A DNA stretch of 64,000 nt, taken from positions 29,453 to 93,452 of the IMG/VR virus record IMGVR_UViG_3300048672_000152. One strand, 5' to 3'. Below, piece by piece: positions 10,006-17,755 of this stretch; position 1 is the stretch's first letter, and each line of letters opens with the position of its first letter. The translations under genes were made by a program, and so were the position numbers. Source of the stretch: a virus. Under the pieces are notes generated by a model. The model was not told the DNA's origin and did not search any database. It worked only from the letters and a program-made list of their open reading frames with translations.

Positions 10006-10335
10006 TTAACCTCCTAATAGTTCAATTAGTTTGTCTTTAATCTTTTCTTCAGCATCGTCCACTTTTAACTTAGTACCGACTGATACAGCAATCGCAGCAA
10101 TGCGGTCTTCGTAGTTATCCAAGAAATTACGAATTTCTTTTAGTTGTTTACCTGAGAATTCTTCTAGTAACGCCTCACGATAAGCACCTTTGATGTTAAA
10201 TGTTTCAACAACGAAGTCTTTTAGTTCCGCCAACACTGATGGTTCTAAATCAATTTGCTTCTTAACCTCGTCTTCCATTTGTTGCATAAAAGCGCCGACA
10301 ACTTTCTGGACAATACTCTCTAAATCTGAAGTCAT
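10006..10335 (-). CDS. hypothetical protein
   Basis: AGGAGAG SD. Confidence 0.7.
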   Translation of the reverse strand: MTSDLESIVQKVVGAFMQQMEDEVKKQIDLEPSVLAELKDFVVETFNIKGAYREALLEEFSGKQLKEIRNFLDNYEDRIAAIAVSVGTKLKVDDAEEKIKDKLIELLGG

Positions 10336-10346
10336 TTATTCTCTCC

Positions 10347-10742
10347 TTACATTAATATTTTAATTTCACGTTCAACTGGTTCAATATCGACAACACTGTC
10401 AATATCATCTAAACCATATTTAAACTCATCTAACACAACAGACAGACATTCATATAGCTTTATGTAGTTAGGGCTATTGATGACCCGCAGAAGTTCTTTA
10501 ACTTCGTCTTCTGACATATTCATTAAGATAGTTTCTTCCAATCGTGCAACAATTGGGTATTTAGCAGTATCCATCTTGAATTTATCGTACAATTCACGAC
10601 TATATTCATCCACCAACTCGCGCTGGGTGTCATTAGTACATAACTGCTTTGTACTATCTGTATAGTCTGCCAAGTATTCAGCAATACTTGCAGCACCGTC
10701 TAACTGAAATAATTCAATCAGTTGTTCTTGAATTTCACTCAT
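10347..10742 (-). CDS. hypothetical protein
   Basis: ATG 10742 after GAGGAGG. Confidence 0.7.
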   Translation of the reverse strand: MSEIQEQLIELFQLDGAASIAEYLADYTDSTKQLCTNDTQRELVDEYSRELYDKFKMDTAKYPIVARLEETILMNMSEDEVKELLRVINSPNYIKLYECLSVVLDEFKYGLDDIDSVVDIEPVEREIKILM

Positions 10743-11022
10743 CTTCATCCTCCTCATCATAAATGTCTTTCATACCTTCAGCACCATTCTCAAAAGCATT
10801 GTTTGCTGCTTCATCAAATGCTCTGTGTATCAATGTTGAGCCATCTTCTTCCTCTGACCCTAAACTACATAAGAACTCTTTTAGGAATTTAGATTTATTG
10901 TTAATCTGAAATGGACAGCATGGTGCATTTTCTAAAGCCCATATCAGGGTATCCACACCAATGGTGATTTGGAGTACTTCATTTTTTATTTTAATGTCTA
11001 GTGGTTTATTTGCGTTTTCCAT
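10735..11022 (-). CDS. hypothetical protein
   Basis: AGGAGAG SD. Confidence 0.7.
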   Translation of the reverse strand: MENANKPLDIKIKNEVLQITIGVDTLIWALENAPCCPFQINNKSKFLKEFLCSLGSEEEDGSTLIHRAFDEAANNAFENGAEGMKDIYDEEDEDE

Positions 11023-11049
11023 AATTCTCTCCTTAATTAAACATAGAAA

Positions 11050-11295
11050 TCATTCTATCACTGAAACTGTATTTGTCAATAGCTTAACAGCACCAAAATT
11101 GTCTAAATAGTTAGTAACATTAGTAATTAATAAATCTCTCAATGTTTCAGGGTCAGCACACTCGCCAGATTTGTATACAGGTATTTCATGTAAATCCAAG
11201 TACACAAACCCTCTGTATTTATTTGAGTTTGGAATAGGTTCTACAACAATCTCGTATTTGTAAATCTTATCATAACTGTAAATGTGGTCGTGCAT
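11050..11295 (-). CDS. hypothetical protein
   Basis: AGGAGA SD. Confidence 0.6.
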   Translation of the reverse strand: MHDHIYSYDKIYKYEIVVEPIPNSNKYRGFVYLDLHEIPVYKSGECADPETLRDLLITNVTNYLDNFGAVKLLTNTVSVIE

Positions 11296-11296
11296 A

Positions 11297-11821
11297 TTAT
11301 TCTCCTGTGTAAGAACCGTAACGAACTTTGATAGTACCTAAATCTTTAAATGATTCATAGAACTCATGTACATTCTTACCGAAATATGTAACTACACTCC
11401 CCTTAGTAACCCCTTTCACTTTATTACCGTTCTGGTCATAGTAGTTGGTGCGCCCATGTAAATAACATTGTGGTCGATGTAACAACGGTTTGAACCAAGT
11501 TTCACTTGTAGCAGCAAACGTAATCATTACGATTTCACAGTCATTACTAACGTGTTCTTCTAAAGCTTTCCAAGCAATACGTTTATTATTCTCACGAGAA
11601 AATGGATGATTGCACCACACTTTACCGAACCAATGCTGCTCGAAACCATCATCTTCTTTTGTGAAAATACATTTGGCTTTCACAGTTTTGTTAGCTTGTT
11701 CACAACTAAAAGGATCTAAATCAATACGTCCCATAGTTTTACGGGCAGCTTCAATGATTTCTTTTGGTGAGTACCATTCAGTATTTCCGCTATCTTGGTT
11801 AATCAGTTGATGTTCTTCCAT
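11297..11821 (-). CDS. phage DNA N6-adenine methyltransferase
   Basis: EWYSP, IDLDPFS, DDG...W, WCNHPF (variant of NPPF/Y). Confidence 0.85.
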   Translation of the reverse strand: MEEHQLINQDSGNTEWYSPKEIIEAARKTMGRIDLDPFSCEQANKTVKAKCIFTKEDDGFEQHWFGKVWCNHPFSRENNKRIAWKALEEHVSNDCEIVMITFAATSETWFKPLLHRPQCYLHGRTNYYDQNGNKVKGVTKGSVVTYFGKNVHEFYESFKDLGTIKVRYGSYTGE

Positions 11822-12201
11822 TATAATTTCCCCTCTCGTTTTAAATCTTGGTATCTCATTTCAACTTCCCTGTAGTACACTACCTTGTCGTTACTGTATT
11901 CTCCAATATTCCAACCATGTTTATCATGTAAATAGAAATATCTCTCATAATACCATGTATCACTCCAAACACCATTGAAATTAGTATCTTTAATAAATTG
12001 GTCAATCAATTCCATTGAATGTGAATAAGTAGGTGTGTCTAAGTAGTAAATTACACATTCTTCTTTCTTATTAATTAAATCTTTACGGTGTTCACGTAAA
12101 CTTGCAAGCTGCAACTCTAACTCTTTAATTTGAAAATCAACAACTTCAATGGCTTGTGTATATTTATTGAAACCTTCCTCAAGGATAATTTTCATATCCA
12201 T
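11821..12201 (-). CDS. hypothetical protein
   Basis: TAATG coupling. Confidence 0.65.
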   Translation of the reverse strand: MDMKIILEEGFNKYTQAIEVVDFQIKELELQLASLREHRKDLINKKEECVIYYLDTPTYSHSMELIDQFIKDTNFNGVWSDTWYYERYFYLHDKHGWNIGEYSNDKVVYYREVEMRYQDLKREGKL

Positions 12202-12566
12202 TACTCCATCTCCTTCAACACATCTGTTAATAACTTAATCTGGCGTTTAACTCTAGCTACAGGACACATGAAATCAGTTTGATACCAACTACCTTCAATT
12301 TTGTTATCTTCTTGTTCCGACCACCAATTAGCAATCTCAAACAACTCATTCACTTCTCCTATTGTCAGCTTAAATGTATTCCCAAAGTCAGTAATAATAT
12401 GGAATACTTCAATAGTTTCTGTAAACTCATCGTTTAGTACAGATTTCCTAAGTGTATATGTCTTGGTTTCTTTGCTGATAACAAACCCATTACCACAACG
12501 CTGACCATCTTTAGTAGCTAAAGCCATCCCAACGATAGGTGTAAATGCTCGATTAATTGGTTTCAT
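12201..12566 (-). CDS. hypothetical protein
   Basis: operon packing. Confidence 0.65.
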   Translation of the reverse strand: MKPINRAFTPIVGMALATKDGQRCGNGFVISKETKTYTLRKSVLNDEFTETIEVFHIITDFGNTFKLTIGEVNELFEIANWWSEQEDNKIEGSWYQTDFMCPVARVKRQIKLLTDVLKEME

Positions 12567-12765
12567 TTGTGTTCACCTCGATTAATTCAACATCATAGTT
12601 ATCACCCAAGTAATTTCTACAGTAAGATTCTAACATATCCTTAGCTACTAAAGGGTATTGTGTTGTCCCTACTGTGTAAGCCCATGTCTCATCCCATACT
12701 TCATATAGATTAGTTTGTGGGTCAAACGTAATTTCACCATTTTTAGTTACTTTAATTAAACTCAT
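12553..12765 (-). CDS. hypothetical protein
   Basis: AAGGAGA SD. Confidence 0.65.
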   Translation of the reverse strand: MSLIKVTKNGEITFDPQTNLYEVWDETWAYTVGTTQYPLVAKDMLESYCRNYLGDNYDVELIEVNTNETN

Positions 12766-12786
12766 ATATTTCTCCTTATTTAAACC

Positions 12787-12896
12787 TCAATTTTAAGCTA
12801 TGTACAAGCGTGTACAAGCCACTCTATTCTTACCCAATACGATTTATCATCTTACGTATAATAACACCCTTCTCAACGCTTGTACAGCGTTTAAAT
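12787..12896. repeat. ~110-bp non-coding element A (degenerate inverted copy of element B at 15296-15408)
   Basis: shares TCAATTTT...GTACAAGyCAyTmTA...CCCArTACG...GTTTAAAT with the reverse complement of 15296-15408; internal IR TGTACAAGCGT/ACGCTTGTACA. Confidence 0.6.
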
Positions 12897-12957
12897 GCTA
12901 TATGCGATGTATTATTTCTTTATAGGGTATTTAGAAATTATATTTTCACTTATTCAG

Positions 12958-13185
12958 CTATTCTGAAACGCTAGTTTCTAATTCTTTCTTGATACCATCC
13001 AACACTTCCATCACCCACCAATCATCAGCAAAGGTTTTCTTGGAATTCATTACATCGTATATGTTCTTCTGAAAGAAGTCAAGTGTTCTGTACTCTGGTA
13101 ATGCTACAAATGTGTATATGCTGTTATATGGAATATGCGCGTACATTCTGGTGAGACTTAGTAGCTCTAGGATTAGTTGGTTCAT
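12958..13185 (-). CDS. hypothetical protein, first gene of leftward unit
   Basis: GAGGAGA SD, downstream of leftward promoter. Confidence 0.6.
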   Translation of the reverse strand: MNQLILELLSLTRMYAHIPYNSIYTFVALPEYRTLDFFQKNIYDVMNSKKTFADDWWVMEVLDGIKKELETSVSE

Positions 13186-13214
13186 GTTAATATCTCCTCA
13201 ATTTCAATTTGCAC

Positions 13215-13243
13215 ACTGTACAGGAAGACAATGGGATTGTCAA
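13215..13243 (-). promoter_or_regulatory. leftward sigma70 promoter (divergent pair)
   Basis: TTGACA-17-TACAGT. Confidence 0.75.
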
Positions 13244-13257
13244 TAGGTATTTTGTTG

Positions 13258-13286
13258 TTGACATTTGGAATTTGGTGGTGTAGAGT
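13258..13286 (+). promoter_or_regulatory. rightward sigma70 promoter (divergent pair)
   Basis: TTGACA-17-TAGAGT. Confidence 0.75.
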
Positions 13287-13395
13287 GTGGACTTGTTAAT
13301 TGATGGAGGTGTTTATCTCACATATCTGTGATTTCACCGTATTCGAGTAGACACTTACCTATTAGGTGTTAAAATATAAGCATAAGGAGAACATT

Positions 13396-13557
13396 ATGAC
13401 TAATGAAGAAATTATTGAGAGTATTGCAAACTGGTACGAACTTCCTGTTGAGCAAGTGGCTTTGTTATGGAGTGCATTTCAGTGGGTGTCTGATAGTGAT
13501 TTACAGCAAGTGGTTAGAGCTACTGTTACTCAATTTATTCAAGATAAGTTGGTGTAG
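13396..13557 (+). CDS. hypothetical protein
   Basis: AAGGAGA SD, ATG 13396. Confidence 0.6.
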   Translation: MTNEEIIESIANWYELPVEQVALLWSAFQWVSDSDLQQVVRATVTQFIQDKLV

Positions 13558-13573
13558 TTCGACACACTAAATG

Positions 13574-13616
13574 AAACCTCTGTATCCTTAGTCTCTCTAA
13601 GGCTGTAGAGGTTTTT
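13574..13616 (+). terminator. hairpin/terminator upstream of the polymerase-like gene
   Basis: AAACCTCT..CTTAG-TCTCT-CTAAG..AGAGGTTT followed by T-rich tract. Confidence 0.5.
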
Positions 13617-13668
13617 ATTATATGTTTTATCTCTTATTGGATGTTGGTATGGAGGATAGGTATATTGG

Positions 13669-14973
13669 TTGTATTGGATAGATTATAAGATAAGTAATGA
13701 GATGAAAGAAGTTAGTAGTAAGTATTATACCGAGTACGTAGATTATTTATCTAAGTTTAATGAAGTTAAGTTAACAATTAATAAACTTACTAAGATAAGA
13801 CAAGCTGTAGATTGTCTGTTCTATAACATTCAATACAGCTTAAAAGGTGATACGATCATAGTCACTAGAGATAGGAATGATTTTAGTAGACCACTAATCT
13901 ATAATGGCAGGGTAGTTAATCGTAAGGTAAGCTATGAGTATACTATGTCATTATTCTCTTGGTTACATGCTCAAGGTTATGCTACTAATGAGATTGGTTT
14001 AGTGGATAATTGGGTGATGAAGGGTGGTGAATGGACACCGTTAACCATTAAACAAAGTAAACTGATATTATCTGACCAACTTATGAGGGATGTCAATACT
14101 GTACTTATAGACAAAAAGAATGTACCTCCAGTAGAGAATGTTATTCGTATCCGTGATGAGAGTAAGAATTATGTCACTAAGCGTTTAGGTGAATATCAGC
14201 AACACCTGTGTAAGTTACTTAAAGAATACAACCATTTGTCTAAGAGTTTTATTTTAGAATCATGCGGTAAAGAATTTGACATTCAGGTAGCAAAGGTGTA
14301 CAATCAATCTTCCTTCCAGAAGGGTGGAAGGACTTATGTTATTGGGGGAGGAAGTGAAGTGTTAGAGAGTGAAATCAGAAGTCGATTAACTGTTGATGGT
14401 GAAAAGACTGTTGAATGTGATTATAAGAGTTTACATGCTCGTCTTGTTGCTACTGTAGTTGGTACACATATCCCACTAGACCATGACCCTTATCAACTGA
14501 CTTTGGATGGGTATGACAACAAAGTGCTGCGTAAGATATGTAAGTTGCTTGTCCTGTGTATGTTTAATGCTAGTAGTAAGCAGAGTGCTATTTCAGCAGT
14601 TAACAAAGAAATCAACGAAACATCGTATGTCGATGAGAATGGGAATGATATTCCAATCAGAGATTATTGGTTTAAAGAAGGTTTAGCTCCAAAGTATTTA
14701 GAGTTGAAATACATTGCGGATTTATTGTTAGAACACAACCCTTATATGAAAGGCCATGCTTTTACTGGATGTGGTATGGATCTACAGAATTTAGATTCAC
14801 GTATGATGGATATTGTGGTAGATTATTTCACTAATAATGGGGAGTTCTGTTTACCTGTGCATGATTCTATTGTTGTTCGTGAAACTCTAAAAGACCAAGC
14901 AATCACTGTAATGTATGAAGCATATCTACAAGTTATGGGTAATAACGATAATTGTATTGTGGATGTTAAATAA
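13669..14973 (+). CDS. small family-A (PolA/T7-RNAP fold) polymerase-like protein, no exonuclease domain
   Basis: GGRTY, ECDYKSLH (motif A), RKICK (motif B), LQNLDS, VHDSI (motif C). Confidence 0.7.
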   Translation: MYWIDYKISNEMKEVSSKYYTEYVDYLSKFNEVKLTINKLTKIRQAVDCLFYNIQYSLKGDTIIVTRDRNDFSRPLIYNGRVVNRKVSYEYTMSLFSWLHAQGYATNEIGLVDNWVMKGGEWTPLTIKQSKLILSDQLMRDVNTVLIDKKNVPPVENVIRIRDESKNYVTKRLGEYQQHLCKLLKEYNHLSKSFILESCGKEFDIQVAKVYNQSSFQKGGRTYVIGGGSEVLESEIRSRLTVDGEKTVECDYKSLHARLVATVVGTHIPLDHDPYQLTLDGYDNKVLRKICKLLVLCMFNASSKQSAISAVNKEINETSYVDENGNDIPIRDYWFKEGLAPKYLELKYIADLLLEHNPYMKGHAFTGCGMDLQNLDSRMMDIVVDYFTNNGEFCLPVHDSIVVRETLKDQAITVMYEAYLQVMGNNDNCIVDVK

Positions 14974-14976
14974 CCC

Positions 14977-15005
14977 TTGACAAGTCATCTTGTCTTATGT
15001 ACACT
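14977..15005 (+). promoter_or_regulatory. sigma70 promoter
   Basis: TTGACA-17-TACACT. Confidence 0.75.
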
Positions 15006-15035
15006 ATACAAACAATTTAATTAAGGAGAGAATAA

Positions 15036-15296
15036 ATGAAATTTAATCTTTGGAACATTATTGCTGTTGGGGCACTACTTTATGTGGTTGATGCTATGAT
15101 GCTATCATCGTTTGTTGATGAACTGAAGGCTACAGAAGACTATGAGAAAGTATGTGTTATGGATAAACTAACAGATGGATTGTCTACTAACGCAATTTTA
15201 CGTAAAGTGGAACGAGAGATTACTCTTGAACAGGCTGGATTATTTAAGTACTTATATGGTGAACGTGCTGTACGTAAATCTATTGAGGAGTGTTGA
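15036..15296 (+). CDS. membrane-anchored hypothetical protein
   Basis: N-terminal hydrophobic helix; AGGAGAG SD. Confidence 0.65.
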   Translation: MKFNLWNIIAVGALLYVVDAMMLSSFVDELKATEDYEKVCVMDKLTDGLSTNAILRKVEREITLEQAGLFKYLYGERAVRKSIEEC

Positions 15297-15408
15297 TTTA
15301 AACACTCTCAGAACAACGTAGAAGCGATTAAATAGGTAGAGGTAGGCATACGTACTGGGCATGTGTTATAATGACTTGTACGTTGCTGTATTAGTGATTG
15401 AAAATTGA
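15296..15408. repeat. ~113-bp non-coding element B (inverted partner of element A)
   Basis: see element A; internal IR CAACGTAGAAG/CTTGTACGTTG; contains TGTTATAAT. Confidence 0.6.
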
Positions 15409-15806
15409 TAGGAGAGAATACGAAAGACTTTATTGAACAGTACAAATTGTTAATGCTTAAAGCCAATAGGTATCTGGACGGAATGTATGATCTTCAAGAG
15501 GAGTTTGATACTGAATTAGATTTAGGTTGTATAGAACGTTCTTATTGGGTTGATGCTTTAGTTGTAGACAATAACGAGTTACATATCCAAGTGTATAGGT
15601 CGGGGTATGAATGGGGTAATGCTGATTTACTGATCTCAATGCCCGAATGCGTGGATACTAAACTCTTAGAACTACGTAAACAATGCGAGGCTATTAAAAC
15701 TGAACGAGATATTGTACGTGAAGCTTTAGAAAAACAGCAATTACAGAGACAGGAAGAACTGGAGTACCAGAATTTTCTTAAACTTAAAGCTAAATTTGGA
15801 GGGTAA
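15405..15806 (+). CDS. hypothetical protein (start uncertain)
   Basis: open frame; the SD GGAGAG is followed by ACG at 15420 rather than ATG. Confidence 0.6.
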   Translation: MIGENTKDFIEQYKLLMLKANRYLDGMYDLQEEFDTELDLGCIERSYWVDALVVDNNELHIQVYRSGYEWGNADLLISMPECVDTKLLELRKQCEAIKTERDIVREALEKQQLQRQEELEYQNFLKLKAKFGG

Positions 15807-15807
15807 T

Positions 15808-15990
15808 ATGAAAGTAATTAAGTATTGGCGAACTGAACCGCTAGATAAAAACTGCTCAGGTATGTGGTCTGGTTATCACGAGAGTGAGGAAGATGCTGTT
15901 CAGTATATTGTCAATATGTTAGTTGAGCATGATATGTTTTGCTATGAAGAATTTGAAGTGCTTCCCTATTATGTTATTCAGAATGATTGA
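15808..15990 (+). CDS. hypothetical protein
   Basis: GGAGG SD. Confidence 0.6.
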   Translation: MKVIKYWRTEPLDKNCSGMWSGYHESEEDAVQYIVNMLVEHDMFCYEEFEVLPYYVIQND

Positions 15991-16004
15991 GGGGGGTGAC
16001 AAAT

Positions 16005-16277
16005 ATGTTCGATATGAAATGTGGCTGTGGTAGAGAAGTTAGGTATCAAGTCCTTGACTCTGAAGGTAGACTTACTTATGCTTGTAATAAACACGTTCGT
16101 TGTTTAGATTATGAAGATTTAATATTATTAACAAATCTACAACGTATGGATATTATAAGGTTGAAATCAGCAGCAGAGGATATTCTTGCTTACAGAGAAG
16201 GTACTGCTAAATACCAGATGGCTAAATATTACATTGAGAATTTTACGCCATCTCAAATTGATGAAAATAAAGCTTGA
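16005..16277 (+). CDS. hypothetical Cys-containing protein
   Basis: CxCG...C..H..C. Confidence 0.6.
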   Translation: MFDMKCGCGREVRYQVLDSEGRLTYACNKHVRCLDYEDLILLTNLQRMDIIRLKSAAEDILAYREGTAKYQMAKYYIENFTPSQIDENKA

Positions 16278-16301
16278 CAGATAACAAAGTTGTGTTATTA
16301 T
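16274..16301 (+). promoter_or_regulatory. sigma70 promoter for the tRNA/ncRNA cluster
   Basis: TTGACA-16-TATTAT with extended TG. Confidence 0.7.
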
Positions 16302-16306
16302 CTGTT

Positions 16307-16396
16307 TATATCTTGTAGTTTAAATAAAACGTAAGACTTTTAATCTTAAGATGTTGGGTTCATAAGTTGTCTTATGTAAGTCCTAGCCAAGATGTA
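16307..16396 (+). ncRNA. tRNA-Lys(UUU)-like RNA with a hairpin inserted in the T-loop (pseudo-tRNA)
   Basis: acceptor TATATCTTG/CAAGATGTA, D-arm, anticodon arm TAAGA-CTTTTAA-TCTTA, T-stem GTTGGG/CCTAGC, 16-nt CATAAG-TTGT-CTTATG insert, no CCA. Confidence 0.6.
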
Positions 16397-16400
16397 TTAC

Positions 16401-16528
16401 TTTAGTGTTTGAAGTTGGACGGTTTAGCAAGCTACTTCTGGTAAAGGTTCAACTCCTTATTAAGCACGGCGACTACCAGAAGCCACAGAAGCATAAGTTC
16501 GTAGGTTCAAATCCTACCAAACACTAAA
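16401..16528 (+). ncRNA. tRNA-like structured RNA with two T-arm-like hairpins
   Basis: 11-bp closing stem TTTAGTGTTTG/CAAACACTAAA, GTAGG-TTCAAAT-CCTAC, inner CTTCTGGTA/TACCAGAAG stem holding AAGG-TTCAACT-CCTT. Confidence 0.6.
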
Positions 16529-16584
16529 CTAATATTAACGAGTCTGAGCAATCGTAGTTTGTTTTTAAATTACAATTGTATTGA

Positions 16585-16610
16585 TAGCCCCGCAAGGGGC
16601 TATGTTTATT
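16585..16610 (+). terminator. intrinsic terminator / processing hairpin
   Basis: TAGCCCC-GCAA-GGGGCTA then TGTTTATT. Confidence 0.65.
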
Positions 16611-16612
16611 AA

Positions 16613-16689
16613 AGCCTTGTCAGCTAACAGGATAAGCTACCGACCTCATAAGTCGTGAAATACTGGATCGTACCCAGTCGGGGCTACCA
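16613..16689 (+). tRNA. tRNA with CAT anticodon (Ile2 or Met)
   Basis: full cloverleaf AGCCTTG/CGGGGCT, anticodon loop CTCATAA, T-stem ACTGG/CCAGT, encoded ACCA; acceptor and T-stem resemble tRNA-Ile2; atypical T-loop ATCGTAC. Confidence 0.85.
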
Positions 16690-16694
16690 TTTAC

Positions 16695-16796
16695 TAAATA
16701 TTATCTTGGCTGCTTAGAGGAGCCTAAGACGTACATGCCGATAAAAGCCACTGTATGACCGCGAGTAGGAGAATGCCCTACCCAAGATAATATTTA
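16695..16796 (+). ncRNA. tRNA-like structured RNA
   Basis: 15-bp closing stem TAAATATTATCTTGG/CCAAGATAATATTTA, CTTAG/CTAAG arm, GTACA/TGTAT arm, GTAGG-AGAATGC-CCTAC arm. Confidence 0.55.
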
Positions 16797-16810
16797 TTTT
16801 AATTTACCCA

Positions 16811-16838
16811 TTGACAACACAGTTATGTGTGTTATATT
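16811..16838 (+). promoter_or_regulatory. sigma70 promoter
   Basis: TTGACA-16-TATATT with extended TG. Confidence 0.65.
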
Positions 16839-16877
16839 TCTATTTTACCCCTCCAAAACATATTAGGAAATCTCATC

Positions 16878-17111
16878 ATGTCATCTAATCGCATACTTAC
16901 GGGTATGTGCTTTCATTGTTTAAGTTGTGGACGTTCATTGTCTGGGGCTGAACAAACCCGCACCTTTCCCAAGTCCCCTGAACTAATTGCTCTCTGCAAT
17001 ACTTGCTTACACAAATCTAAAGACCAAAGCTATCAGTATGAGTTTGAGCATCAAGCATTAACAGAGTCAACTTCTATTAACAATTTACCGCAGAATGATG
17101 AGATTCCTTAA
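16878..17111 (+). CDS. small Zn-finger protein
   Basis: CxxC...CxxC; AGGA SD. Confidence 0.65.
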   Translation: MSSNRILTGMCFHCLSCGRSLSGAEQTRTFPKSPELIALCNTCLHKSKDQSYQYEFEHQALTESTSINNLPQNDEIP

Positions 17112-17131
17112 TAATTTCAACACTTCCCCTA

Positions 17132-17160
17132 TTGACAAATATAATACATAGTGATAAACT
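17132..17160 (+). promoter_or_regulatory. sigma70 promoter upstream of terS
   Basis: TTGACA-17-TAAACT with extended TG. Confidence 0.7.
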
Positions 17161-17201
17161 TCATGTAGATTGTATTGTATGTAAAGAATTAAGGACAGAA
17201 T

Positions 17202-17612
17202 ATGTCTGATGTAGAAACTACCTCTAGCGAAATCCGCGATGATAAAGGCAGATTTAAACGTGGAGTTAGCGGCAACGTTAAAGGTCGCCCTCGTAATACT
17301 AAAGGGAACAAACACAAACACGCAAAGCAAACATTAGAAACAATGTTAATGTCTACAGGGCCAGCAGCTTTAAAAGCTATCAAGAAAATGGCTGATGAAG
17401 AATTAGCAAAGGGTAATGTCAATCACGCATTCAAATGTTATGTGTTTATTGCTGATAAATATTATCAACTTGTTATGCACAACGACAAGGTTGAAATCCA
17501 AGCTATCAAAGACGAAGAACAGCGTAAGCTTAAAGCACAGCAACAACAGGATGAAGATTCTGAAGAAGATTCAACATTCCAGAATGTAATTGTTACATTC
17601 GGTAGTGCTTAA
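17202..17612 (+). CDS. terS: probable terminase small subunit
   Basis: RDDKGRFKRGVSGNVKGRP (DUF5681-type motif), position upstream of terL. Confidence 0.65.
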   Translation: MSDVETTSSEIRDDKGRFKRGVSGNVKGRPRNTKGNKHKHAKQTLETMLMSTGPAALKAIKKMADEELAKGNVNHAFKCYVFIADKYYQLVMHNDKVEIQAIKDEEQRKLKAQQQQDEDSEEDSTFQNVIVTFGSA

Positions 17613-17632
17613 CATCAACGAATAACTATAAC

Positions 17633-17733
17633 TCTATGCGTATACTCTTGTATACCTCTCCATCATCCCCCTAGAGGCAGCCTCTCCTCTGCACCTCTCC
17701 ACTCTAGGGAGATTTCTTCCCCCCCCGCATAGA
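17633..17733. ncRNA. structured intergenic RNA with three CCTCTCC motifs
   Basis: nested stems TCTATGCG/CGCATAGA, ATCCCCCTAGAG/CTCTAGGGAGAT, GCAG/CTGC. Confidence 0.55.
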
Positions 17734-17755
17734 AGAATTACACAAGGAATTATAA

